In this document: in pieces, positions 28,501-37,895 of the stretch
How positions within the stretch are numbered: the first letter of the stretch is position 1
Layout: each line of letters starts with the position of its first letter
NCBI GenBank assembly: GCA_041484665.1
Contig: JBGPIA010000016.1
Span: 51,169-115,168, forward strand
Source of the DNA: Candidatus Krumholzibacteriia bacterium
GTDB lineage: Bacteria > Krumholzibacteriota > Krumholzibacteriia > JAJRXK01
Length of the DNA: 64,000 bases
Direction of reading: 5' to 3'
Position numbers and translations under genes: made by a program
Notes under the pieces: model-generated
Seen by the model: the letters and a program-made list of their open reading frames with translations, nothing else
What the model was told of the DNA's origin: nothing
Databases searched by the model: none

Positions 28501-31338
28501 TCACCCGGTCGGGCCGAAATAGCGGTCCAGCCATGCCAACGTCTCTTTGATCAGCTCGGTGCGTGGAACCGAGTGTCCGCGCGGATACGTGAGGCGCCTC
28601 TTGTGCTCGGGCGGCGTGCCGAGCATGTCGAACATGGGTCGCTGCGATGTCTCGGGTGGAAAGAAGAAATCGAGCTCGCCGTTGAGCATCAGCGTCGGCT
28701 GCGTCACGCGCGTGATGTAATTGATCTGGTCCGCCTCGGGAAGGGCGTGTTGGAAGGTCAATCCAGCGACGTACAGCACGACGACCTTGATGCGCCGCTC
28801 GACGGCGGGCAGGATCGCCCCCAGCGCGCCGCCCCAGCTCAGCCCGTAGTAGGCAATTCGTTGGACGTCGATGTCGTCGCGCCTCTCGAGGTAGTCGATC
28901 GAGCGGGCCAGGTCTTGGGCCCACATGATCACGTGATCCTTGTAGAACGTCGTCTCGTCGGGAACGTCCGACCTCAGCTCGTCGGCGCGGTGGAACGTAC
29001 CCTTGTAGACGGGCAGCATCAGGGCGCGGCCGCTCTTGAGCAGGAAGTCGATCCGACGCAGCTCCGCGGGCCCGACGGGGCCGCCGTGGATTGCCCCCGA
29101 CCCCGGGAAGAGGACAACCACCTGGTACGGCGCCCGGCCAACCGGCGGCAGGAACAGGTAAGCGCTCATCCGTTCGCCACCGTAGGCGGCGGTAAAGTGG
29201 ATCGTCTGCCGCAGCCCGAGCGGCCCCCGCTCCTGCGACTCCACGACGGCTTCGAGCGGCGTCTTGTCATAGCGGAACTGCCGCAGGAAAAAGGCGAAGA
29301 TCTCGTCCGAGACCGGCGTCTCAGCACGGAAGTCGCGAAACGGCAGCTCGATCACTCGTGTGAGTCTGGCCAGATTCGGGTCTAGCTCGAGGGAGCGGAT
29401 GCAGCGGAAGCCGTTCGTCTGCGATCGGTCGAATGCCGGCTGCGCGTAGGCGTCGACGAAGGCGTACTCCGGATCGTCCCACCCACCGCCGAGGATGAAG
29501 CGCTCGCCGGGCCGATTGCTCTCGTTCCATGCCCACTCGCGGACGTTGCCGGCGAGATCGTGCACGCCGAAGCGATTCATGCTCCGGGTCGTCCCGACCG
29601 GCACAGGACTCCGACCGGAGAAGTTCGCGACGGGAACGATCTCGGCGCTGGCGACGGTGAACGCCACTCGGTTCCAGTGGAAGATCGTCGGGAGTTCCTT
29701 ACGGGACCACGCCGCGTACGCGGCCGCCTCGAACCAACTGACACCCGTGACGGGGAGATCGTCCTCGCCCGGCGGGTACTCGCCGAGCTCCCAGGTCGCC
29801 GGGCCGGGTCGGCCGATCGCGTCGGTGAAGCGGGCGATCGCCTCCTCCCAGGGAAGCACGCCGTCCCCCTCGTGGAACGTCTGCCGCCAGTACTCAGGCC
29901 TCTGGTAACCACCGGCGTCGACGAACAGCTTGTACTCGCGGTTCGTGACCGGATGACGGTCGATCAGGAACGCGGTCATGGGTTCGGTCTTCAGGTGGTC
30001 CAGTCCCGGCATGAAGAGCATGAACCCACCGCCTGGGACCCGCTCCATCTCGTCGGGGATTTCGCCTGGCTTGCAGAGCTCGAAACGCCACTTCGAGACG
30101 ATGGGGTCCGCGGAGCCGGCCATCGCTGAATCCGCAAAGTTCCAGATTACGTCGTGTGCGGTGCGGTAGCCGGGCAGCTCGAGCTTCAGTCGCGCGAATC
30201 CGCGCGGAAAGCGCGCCGCCGAGAGCGGCGCATGACCCATCAGCGTCCAGTCTCCATCGGAGTCTCCGTAATACTTCGCGAAGACTGCCGCGCCCTCCGG
30301 GTCGGACTCGATCGTGATCCCGTGCGTGAATTCCGGCCACAGGCGCTCGAGCAGCGGGTCGTCAGGAGCCAGCTTCTCGATCTCCCGCGCCAGCTTGAAT
30401 GCCGCCCACGAGTCCGGTCCTTCGTCGAGGAACTGGATCCGGTCGACGATGCGATCCAACTCAGGGAGCGCTTCGCTGCGGGCCCAGCCGCGCAGTGCCG
30501 TCAGCTCGCCGCTCAGCTCCGCGGCGCTCGCGTAGCGTTGCGCAGGATCCTTTTCGAGGCAGCGGTGGATGATCCGCTCGAGCGAGCGGGGGACTGAAGC
30601 GGTCAGGTGGCCGACCGACCGCGGCGCGTCACGCAGGATCGAGCTCAGGATCGAGACCCTGTCGCCCCCCTGGAACGGGTGCCGTCCCGTCGCCATCTCG
30701 TACAGCACGCAGCCGAGCGCGAACAGGTCCGTGCGAGCGTCGACCTCCGTGCCCGCCAGCTGCTCCGGCGCCATGTAGTGGAGGGTCCCGACGATCGCTC
30801 CCTCCTCCGTCAGCGGCAGCGCGACCGTCGGCGCGATGCCCAGCGCCCCCCCGGGAACACCCATCTCCGCAGGCCGTGCGAGGCCGAAGTCCAGCAGCTT
30901 CACCCCGGACTTCGTGAGCATGATGTTCCCGGGCTTGAGATCGCGGTGCACCACGCCCGCATGATGCGCCTTGCCCAACGCATCGGCGATCTGCACTCCG
31001 ACCGTCAGCAGCTCGGCGATCGGCAGCGGTCCCTTCTCCAGCCGCGCGACCAGCGTCTCCCCTTCGATCAGCTCCATCACGATGTAGTCGGTACCGCCCT
31101 CGCGCCCCACATCGTGGACCGTGCAGATGTGCGGGTGGTTGAGCTGCGAGATCATCCGGGCCTCGCGCTCGAAACGGGCCCGGACCTCCGGTGTCGAGGA
31201 TCGGTGCTGGGGCAGCACCTTGATTGCCACGTCGCGGCCGAGGCGCGCGTCGTGAGCACGATAGACCTCGCCCATGCCGCCCGCACCGAGCGGGGCGATG
31301 ATCTTGTACGGACCGAGCGACGTGCCGGCGGCCAGCAT
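28501..31338 (-). CDS. Ser/Thr kinase - FGE/SUMF1 domain - alpha/beta hydrolase fusion
   Basis: Kinase: GAGGMG, VAIK, HRDLKPGN, DFG, APE. FGE domain: PVTNREY, HDLAGNVREW, GFRC. Hydrolase: GLSWGG, GELD, GH. Confidence 0.9.
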   Translation of the reverse strand: MLAAGTSLGPYKIIAPLGAGGMGEVYRAHDARLGRDVAIKVLPQHRSSTPEVRARFEREARMISQLNHPHICTVHDVGREGGTDYIVMELIEGETLVARLEKGPLPIAELLTVGVQIADALGKAHHAGVVHRDLKPGNIMLTKSGVKLLDFGLARPAEMGVPGGALGIAPTVALPLTEEGAIVGTLHYMAPEQLAGTEVDARTDLFALGCVLYEMATGRHPFQGGDRVSILSSILRDAPRSVGHLTASVPRSLERIIHRCLEKDPAQRYASAAELSGELTALRGWARSEALPELDRIVDRIQFLDEGPDSWAAFKLAREIEKLAPDDPLLERLWPEFTHGITIESDPEGAAVFAKYYGDSDGDWTLMGHAPLSAARFPRGFARLKLELPGYRTAHDVIWNFADSAMAGSADPIVSKWRFELCKPGEIPDEMERVPGGGFMLFMPGLDHLKTEPMTAFLIDRHPVTNREYKLFVDAGGYQRPEYWRQTFHEGDGVLPWEEAIARFTDAIGRPGPATWELGEYPPGEDDLPVTGVSWFEAAAYAAWSRKELPTIFHWNRVAFTVASAEIVPVANFSGRSPVPVGTTRSMNRFGVHDLAGNVREWAWNESNRPGERFILGGGWDDPEYAFVDAYAQPAFDRSQTNGFRCIRSLELDPNLARLTRVIELPFRDFRAETPVSDEIFAFFLRQFRYDKTPLEAVVESQERGPLGLRQTIHFTAAYGGERMSAYLFLPPVGRAPYQVVVLFPGSGAIHGGPVGPAELRRIDFLLKSGRALMLPVYKGTFHRADELRSDVPDETTFYKDHVIMWAQDLARSIDYLERRDDIDVQRIAYYGLSWGGALGAILPAVERRIKVVVLYVAGLTFQHALPEADQINYITRVTQPTLMLNGELDFFFPPETSQRPMFDMLGTPPEHKRRLTYPRGHSVPRTELIKETLAWLDRYFGPTG

Positions 31339-31678
31339 GCGGTCACTCTCCCCGGGGCGCGGCCCGACACGGAAATCGCCAACGGAACCTCGCTTCAGAC
31401 TACAGGTCCCCGCGATCGGGTCAAGAGCGCCGGCCATGTGCTACTGCATGGCTGCAGAGTTGTTCCGGATTTGTGGGCGACCGGGCGCAGCGCCGCGCGG
31501 TGGACCGAACGGGCCAAACGCGGTGGCTGCGGCAGGTGATCGGCGTGGCGTGGAACGTCGACAGCGTAGAGGTATTGCGTGCGTGGAGTAGAATGGAGGA
31601 GTTCGGCGGGGCAGAGCCGCAGCCGCCGGGAGGAACGGCGCTGCCTGCGTCGGGAGCGCGCGGTCACCGGGCGCGGCC

Positions 31679-31723
31679 GATTGCGGAGCGGGCGATCGCG
31701 GGGCGGGTGATCGCGGAGCGGGT
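31679..31723. repeat. 3 x 15-bp tandem repeat, intergenic
   Basis: gattgcggagcgggc / gatcgcggggcgggt / gatcgcggagcgggt. Confidence 0.8.
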
Positions 31724-31887
31724 GGCGGGGACGCCGGGGTCACCGGCCCTCAGCCAAAGGACGGACGATCGTGGGCGCACGGAGAATCCTCACGACCGGC
31801 GGATCGCGCCCAGTCCGGCCGGCCGGCGCCGGTCGCGCGACCCGCGGGGCCCTCGCGATGCGCGGCAGCCACCAGCCCCGCGCTCGG

Positions 31888-32976
31888 ATGGCGGACGACA
31901 CCCTGGCGTGGCTGCTGGCGGGCGATCCGGCCATCCGCTGGCAGGCACTGCGCGATTTGGGCGATGCGTCGGCGGCGACGGTGGAGCGCCAACGGCGGAA
32001 GGTGGCGGCGCAGGGCTGGGGCGCGAGGCTGCTCGAGCGCCAGGACCGCGAGGGCACCTGGGGCGGCGGGCTGTACACCCCGAAGTGGATCTCGACGACC
32101 TACACGATGCTGACCCTGCGCGATCTGGGCCTGCCGCCCGGAAACCGGCTGGCGCTGCGAGCGTGCGAGTTGCTGCTGGATCAGGGCATACGCCGCGACG
32201 GCGGCATCAACTATGGAGCGTGGGGCAATCGCGGCGAGACCTGCGTGACCGGGATGGTGCTCTCGATCCTCTGTCATTTCGAGTACGGCGGGCGAGGCGG
32301 AAAGGAGGGCGCCAGGACGCATGGTGGGCGAAGCGGGAAGGATCGGCGCGCCGGGCGCGAGGCGGACGTCGGGCAGCGCCTCGACACCATCGCCGCCCAC
32401 CTACTCGAGCGGCAGATGCCAGACGGAGGGTGGAACTGCCAGCGGCCGTACGGCGCCACGCACGCCTCGGTGCACACCACCATCTCGGTGCTGGAGGGAC
32501 TGCGGCTGTACGAGCTGCACCGGGGCCGCGCGGTCGGCGCAGAGCGGTCGGTCCCGACGGTCCAGGCGGTGCCTGCGGTCCAGGCGGTGCCTGCGGCCCG
32601 GGCGCTCCGCGCGGTCCGCGCGGCGCAACGCCGCGGCCGCGAGTTCCTGCTGGCCCATCGGCTGTTCCGCTCGCACCGCACGGGCGAGGTCATCCATCCG
32701 GTCCTGCTGCGACTGGCCTTCCCGCCGCGCTGGCACTACGACATCCTGCGCGCGCTGGACTTCTTCCAGGCTGTCGAAGCGCCGCGGGACGAGCGGCTGG
32801 CGGAGGCCATCGAGGTGCTGCGCCGGAAGCGCCGGCCGGATGGGCGGTGGAATCTGGAACATCGGTTCAGGGGGCGGGCGTTTTTCGAGATGGAGCGCCT
32901 CGGGCAGCCTTCGCGATGGAATACGCTGCGGGCACTCCGGGTGCTGCGGTGGTGGGACCGCGATGGGCGGGGGTGA
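31888..32976 (+). CDS. Prenyltransferase/squalene-cyclase-repeat-like hypothetical protein
   Basis: WLLAGDPAIRWQ, QDREGTW, GETCVTG, QMPDGGWNC, WHYDILRALD and PSRWNTLRAL (QW-like repeats). Confidence 0.75.
   Translation: MADDTLAWLLAGDPAIRWQALRDLGDASAATVERQRRKVAAQGWGARLLERQDREGTWGGGLYTPKWISTTYTMLTLRDLGLPPGNRLALRACELLLDQGIRRDGGINYGAWGNRGETCVTGMVLSILCHFEYGGRGGKEGARTHGGRSGKDRRAGREADVGQRLDTIAAHLLERQMPDGGWNCQRPYGATHASVHTTISVLEGLRLYELHRGRAVGAERSVPTVQAVPAVQAVPAARALRAVRAAQRRGREFLLAHRLFRSHRTGEVIHPVLLRLAFPPRWHYDILRALDFFQAVEAPRDERLAEAIEVLRRKRRPDGRWNLEHRFRGRAFFEMERLGQPSRWNTLRALRVLRWWDRDGRG
32558..32596. repeat. Perfect 18-bp in-frame tandem duplication
   Basis: cggtccaggcggtgcctg x2, encoding VQAVPA twice. 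Confidence 0.85.
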
Positions 32977-33078
32977 CGGCGTGACGGAGCGTCCACCAGC
33001 CCGTCGCCACCGCCGGGTGATGGCCATGCCCACTGCCAAGCCGATCGAGCGGATGCACCCGACGGGGCCGCGCTTGCT

Positions 33079-34317
33079 CTACGCCGCGGCCAGACGGTTT
33101 ACCATCCGGCGCGTACCCTCGGCGAACGTCGCCGGCTCCGTGAGCAGGCTCAGCACGAGGTGGCCCTCGTCGGGGAAGTCGAAGAAGTAGCCTGGCTGCA
33201 GCAGCACGTCGTCCCTCTGTAGCAGCTGCAGCGCCCACTCCTCGTCGGTGGGCGCGCGCGGGATGTCCAGCACCGCATACCATCCACCCTCGCGCTCGAG
33301 CGCGCGACAGGATGGCGCGCGCGCCAGATCCGACCGCAGCCGCCGTTCGTTGGCCTCCACGCGCGCAACGATGCGCTCTTGCATGGTGGGCTGCAGCGCG
33401 ATCAAGCGCGGCAGTGCGTGCTGCCCGGGCGTGCTGACCGACAGGAACGTATCGGCGATCCAGTCCAGCCCCTCCTGCGCGCGGGCGCGCAGCGCGGGCG
33501 GGCCACTCACGTGGATCCAGCCCAGCTTCACCTGGGGCAACCCGACCACCTTGGAGAGCCCGCTCAGCACGAAGGTGAGCCCGGCGTCACGGGTGACGAG
33601 GCTGGGTACGAGGGCCGGCACGGCCCCCGCCGCCGCGCGGCGTGCCTCGACCCCGGATGCGGCTTGCGTGCCGGCCACGCCCGCAGCGGCAGCGTAGTCC
33701 CCGAACACCTCATCGGCGATCAGCGCGATCTCACGCTCGCCACACAGACGGTCCAGGCTTGCCAGCTCGTCGCTCTTGAGAAACGAGCCCGTCGGATTGT
33801 TGGGATTCACGAGGACGACGGCCCGCGTTCGCGCGGTGACGGCGCGCAGCAGCCCGTCCACGTCGATCCCCCATCCACGCCCGCGCTCGTAGTGCAGGGG
33901 ATAGGGCTGGAGCGCCACGCACTCCACGGCAGCCAGGAGGTCCAGCAAGGGGTAGCTCGGCCGCGGAACCAGCACCGCATCGTCCGGATCGCAGAGCAGC
34001 TTGAAGAGGTACGAGTACGCCTCGCTGGTGCTGGCCGTCAGGTGCACCGCCGCCGGGTCGGCCGCCAGTCCACGAGCGCGGTAGTAGCCAGCGACCGCTT
34101 CCCGCGCCGCCGCCAGCCCCCGCGGCTGTGGCTCGTAGACGAGGGCCGCAGGCAGCGCGAGCGCTCCCAGGATGGCATCACGATCGTACTGCAGCCCTGC
34201 TTGCGTGGGGTTCGATTCGCTGAGGTCCAGAACACGCACGCCGGCCGCACGCTTGGCCGCCAATAGCTCGGTCAAGCGATTGGGAGACGGGCCCCACGGA
34301 AAACGCTTCGAGAACAT
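33079..34317 (-). CDS. PLP-dependent aminotransferase class I/II
   Basis: NPNNPTG, IADEVF, SGLSK (PLP lysine) and GGWY. Confidence 0.9.
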   Translation of the reverse strand: MFSKRFPWGPSPNRLTELLAAKRAAGVRVLDLSESNPTQAGLQYDRDAILGALALPAALVYEPQPRGLAAAREAVAGYYRARGLAADPAAVHLTASTSEAYSYLFKLLCDPDDAVLVPRPSYPLLDLLAAVECVALQPYPLHYERGRGWGIDVDGLLRAVTARTRAVVLVNPNNPTGSFLKSDELASLDRLCGEREIALIADEVFGDYAAAAGVAGTQAASGVEARRAAAGAVPALVPSLVTRDAGLTFVLSGLSKVVGLPQVKLGWIHVSGPPALRARAQEGLDWIADTFLSVSTPGQHALPRLIALQPTMQERIVARVEANERRLRSDLARAPSCRALEREGGWYAVLDIPRAPTDEEWALQLLQRDDVLLQPGYFFDFPDEGHLVLSLLTEPATFAEGTRRMVNRLAAA

Positions 34318-34408
34318 GTGGGCACTGACCTCGATCGTGCGACGGGTGCGGGCGCCGGGCGCCGGATTGCTGCAGCCACGGCCACCAGCGTTGCGATCGC
34401 AGCGCGCG

Positions 34409-34453
34409 GGGCCGCCGCGCTCTGGGCCGCCGCGCTCCGGCTCGCCGCGCTCA
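34409..34453. repeat. 3 x 15-bp tandem repeat, intergenic
   Basis: gggccgccgcgctct / gggccgccgcgctcc / ggctcgccgcgctca. Confidence 0.8.
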
Positions 34454-34480
34454 CGAGATCCGCACGCGCGGTCGCAACGC

Positions 34481-37342
34481 CTACAGCAGGAGCTCCATCG
34501 GCCGGTCGGCGACGCCCTGCTGTGCTTTCACGCCCAGCTTCTGCACCAGCCATTCCGGCGACCGGCGCCCGGCGAGCAGCTCGCCGTAGGCGCCCAGGAC
34601 TGCGGCGGCCTCCGCTTGCGACTCGCGCACGAACTCCACCCGGAAGCGCCGTACGCCGCGCGCCAGCAGACGCGGCACCAGCGCCGCAGCGCTCTGCACC
34701 TCAGAGTTGAACACCGTGTTGCGACAACCGACATCCACGATCACTGGATGCGTCCGCTGCAGGTGATCGCGCAGGCCGATCTGGTGCTGCTCGCAGGGCC
34801 TGCCGCAGGTGCGGTAGTCCCTGCCGTTGCTCAGCAGATGCGAATAGACACAATGCTCTGTATGGAACGTGGGGATGCGATGGTGCACGACCACGGTGAA
34901 GCGGTCCGCCGGTGCCTGGTCCAGCAGCGCGATGAGCTGGCTCTCGTCGAGATCGTGGGACGCGGTCAAGGTGTGCAGGCCACGCTCCAGGAGATACGTC
35001 GCGGTGATCGAGTTGGTGACATTGAGCGAGAAGTCGCCATGGACTCCAAAGCGCTCGCGCTCGGCGGCGTGGCGCGCAAACCACACGACCGCGCCCCAGT
35101 GGCGCACCAGCACGCCATCGGGCTCCAGGCGCGCGATGCGGGTGTCGAAGCTCTCCTCGCCAGGTTTCTGCACGCGCAGCGTCGCCACCGTCACGCGCAG
35201 ACCGGCCTGCCGCGCGCGCTCGACGGCAGTCGCCAGACCGACCATCTCCATCCAATCGAGCTCGACCTCCGCCAGTCCGGCGGCGATCACCGCCTCGAGC
35301 TGCTGCTCCGTGCGGCACAGCGGCAGCAGCAGCGGCGCGACAGCAGGCCACCCAGCGGGGGCAACCTCGGCCCGCGCGCCCAGGGCGGCGGTGGCGTCCG
35401 CGTGCGGCTCGGAGACCGGTGGCGCGTCCGGGGCCACCGGGAGCGACACAACGACGGCAGTGCTGGCGCGCACCCCCGCACGAGCGCCCGCGGCCGCGCC
35501 CGAGTCCGCCGGTCCGCGCTCGATGGCCGCCGTCAGCTCCTGCACCAGCTCGCGCCGCGCGCCCTTCAGCTCCGAGACGGGCACGTGGAGGTACGGGGCC
35601 AGACGCGAGGCGTCGATCTCCTGCAGCCCAAAGGGCGTCCCGCCGAGCGCTCCGAGCTTGTCTCGGAGCAGCTCCACGGTGAGCCCCTGCTGCTGCGCCG
35701 GCTCGGCGGGCGTGTGGGTCTGCACGGACGCGCTGTGGCCGGCCGCGTGCGCCGTGATGCGCAGGGGCGCTCCGCTGCGGCCCTCGACTGTAAGCGACAG
35801 CGCAATGCGCCCCGTGGGCTCGCCCGTCTCGATCAGCTGCTGGGTCGCGCGCGCCAGCGCCGGATCGCTGGTGACCCACACGCGCTGGCCGGGGCGCACC
35901 CGCCGCAGATCGGGCCCCGGGCGGCCGAAGCCCAGCACCCAGCGCTCGCCGTCGCGGCCGACGCGGAAGATCGGCCCGCCCGGCTCGTCCTTCTCCTGCG
36001 GCCGGCCGTCGTCGAACACCACGCCCATCCCCGCGCGCACGTCGAGGCGCGTGGGCAGCGGGTCGCTCGCGGCGTGGCGTGCCGCGTCGCGCATGGTGTC
36101 GCGCGCCGCGTCCCGTGCGGCATTGCCTGCACCGCCCCTCGGGCCGCCACGCGCGCCACCCAGCGCGGGTAATGGCGACATTGGCTCGCCCTGCGGACCG
36201 GCCGCCCGCACCGCAGGCTGCCGCGCCGGCTCGACCCCCAGGCCGCCGGTCCAGGGCCGGCCGGCGGGATCGGGCTCGACGATCACTCCGTCACCGGACA
36301 CACGCGCGACCACACCCAGGTAGACGCCGCGATGCTTGGGGAATCGCCCCTCGACCAACGTCTGGTGATCCGAGCCACCCAGGAACCCGTCGCCGAATCC
36401 GCGCGAGTACGAGACGGCCATATCGAGCAGGTCGCGGTTGAGCTGCTGCTGCGCCTGCGCGTCGCGCGTGTGGCCGCTCGCGATGGCGTCGACCCAGCGC
36501 TTGTAGCCCGCCGTGGCGGTGGCCACGTACTGCGCGCCCTTCTGGCGGCCCTCGATCTTGAGCCCGTGCACGCCGAGCTCCACCAGCTCCGGCACCGCGC
36601 GCAGCCCGGCGAGGTCCTTGGGGCTGAGCAGGTACTTGACATCACCCAGCGGACGGATCTCGCCGTCGACGATCAGGTCGTAGGGCATGCGGCAGCTCTG
36701 CGCGCACTGGCCGCGATTCGCCGAGCGCCCGCCCCACGCCTCGCTGGTGAGGCATTGCCCGCTCCACGCCACACACAGCGCTCCGTGCACGAAGACCTCA
36801 ACCTCGAGGTCGGTGCCGGCCATGAAACGCCGGATCTCGTCCACCGAAAGCTCGCGCGGCAGCACCACGCGCGACGCCCCCAGCTCACGGGCGAACGCCG
36901 CGGCGTCGGGGCTGCTGATCGTCATCTGCGTGCTGGCGTGGATCGTCAGCGCCGGGGCGACGGCGCGGGCGATGAGCGCGACGGCGGGATCCTGCACGAG
37001 CAGCGCGTCCACACCCGCTTGCGCGGCGCGGCGGACGACGCGCCGCACCGCCGCGAGCTCGGGCTCGAAGATAAGCGTGTTGAGGGCGAGGTAGGCCCGG
37101 GCTCCGGCGCGGTGGATCTGCGCGACGGTCTCGGGAAGGTTCTCCAGCGCGAAGTTGCCAGCCCGCGCCCGCGCGTTGAACCCCTCCTGCAGCCCGAAGT
37201 AGACTGCGTCGGCGCCGGCGTGGAGCGCGGCGCTCAGGCAGTCGGCATCGCCGGCGGGGGCGAGGATCTCCGGGCGGCGTGCGCCCGGGCGCCCCGGGCC
37301 GCCCGGCGCAGGGCCGCGATGGGTGGGGTTTCTGCGGGACAT
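34481..37342 (-). CDS. U32 family protein with DUF3656 (RlhA-like)
   Basis: PEILAPAG, GADAVYFG, HASTQ, EVFVHGALCVAWSGQC, NRGQCAQSCR and LKIEGR. C-terminal HCVYSH...C...C. Confidence 0.9.
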   Translation of the reverse strand: MSRRNPTHRGPAPGGPGRPGARRPEILAPAGDADCLSAALHAGADAVYFGLQEGFNARARAGNFALENLPETVAQIHRAGARAYLALNTLIFEPELAAVRRVVRRAAQAGVDALLVQDPAVALIARAVAPALTIHASTQMTISSPDAAAFARELGASRVVLPRELSVDEIRRFMAGTDLEVEVFVHGALCVAWSGQCLTSEAWGGRSANRGQCAQSCRMPYDLIVDGEIRPLGDVKYLLSPKDLAGLRAVPELVELGVHGLKIEGRQKGAQYVATATAGYKRWVDAIASGHTRDAQAQQQLNRDLLDMAVSYSRGFGDGFLGGSDHQTLVEGRFPKHRGVYLGVVARVSGDGVIVEPDPAGRPWTGGLGVEPARQPAVRAAGPQGEPMSPLPALGGARGGPRGGAGNAARDAARDTMRDAARHAASDPLPTRLDVRAGMGVVFDDGRPQEKDEPGGPIFRVGRDGERWVLGFGRPGPDLRRVRPGQRVWVTSDPALARATQQLIETGEPTGRIALSLTVEGRSGAPLRITAHAAGHSASVQTHTPAEPAQQQGLTVELLRDKLGALGGTPFGLQEIDASRLAPYLHVPVSELKGARRELVQELTAAIERGPADSGAAAGARAGVRASTAVVVSLPVAPDAPPVSEPHADATAALGARAEVAPAGWPAVAPLLLPLCRTEQQLEAVIAAGLAEVELDWMEMVGLATAVERARQAGLRVTVATLRVQKPGEESFDTRIARLEPDGVLVRHWGAVVWFARHAAERERFGVHGDFSLNVTNSITATYLLERGLHTLTASHDLDESQLIALLDQAPADRFTVVVHHRIPTFHTEHCVYSHLLSNGRDYRTCGRPCEQHQIGLRDHLQRTHPVIVDVGCRNTVFNSEVQSAAALVPRLLARGVRRFRVEFVRESQAEAAAVLGAYGELLAGRRSPEWLVQKLGVKAQQGVADRPMELLL

Positions 37343-37847
37343 GGTCAAGAGTATACGCAAGCGCAGCAGGGCCCGACAGGAAACCGGACGGCGCTCGTCC
37401 CGGCGAGGGCCTGGGCATTCGTCCCACGGCACGTCCGCGCCCGAGGGCTCTTCCCCGCTGCAGAGCGGCCGCGGTCGCGGCCACGAGCCGCAGCCCACCC
37501 GCAAGCCGGCGCGCGCCGCCTCGCCGCTCTACCGCGCGATCTGGAACGTGGTGTCCCGCATCCCGCGTGGACGCGTGGCGACCTACGGGCAGATCGCGCG
37601 GCTGGCGGGCCTGGGGGCCCATGCGCGGCTGGTGGGCTATGCGCTGCATGCGGCGCCGCGCGGATTGGGACTGCCGTGGCACCGCGTGATCAATGCCCGC
37701 GGGTGCATCTCGCTGCCGCGGCACGACGGAGGCTACGACCTGCAGCGCTCGCTGCTCGAGTCCGAGAAGGTCATCTTCGCGGGCGATGCGGTCGACCTGG
37801 TCCGCTACGGCTGGAGACCCGCGGGAGGCCACCGGCGCCGGTCTTGA
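37341..37847 (+). CDS. Alkyltransferase-like (ATL/YbaZ, MGMT family) protein; start uncertain
   Basis: IPRGRVATYGQIA...ARLVG...PWHRV, with Trp in place of the catalytic Cys of PCHRV. Confidence 0.85.
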   Translation: MVKSIRKRSRARQETGRRSSRRGPGHSSHGTSAPEGSSPLQSGRGRGHEPQPTRKPARAASPLYRAIWNVVSRIPRGRVATYGQIARLAGLGAHARLVGYALHAAPRGLGLPWHRVINARGCISLPRHDGGYDLQRSLLESEKVIFAGDAVDLVRYGWRPAGGHRRRS

Positions 37848-37895
37848 CGCCGCCCGCCAGGAGTGTGACCGTCGAGCCGTCCCGGAAGGGCGCCC

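Noticed and set aside
37341..37847. Active O6-methylguanine methyltransferase (ogt)
   Set aside because: PWHRV replaces the catalytic PCHRV, so it is alkyltransferase-like rather than an active transferase.
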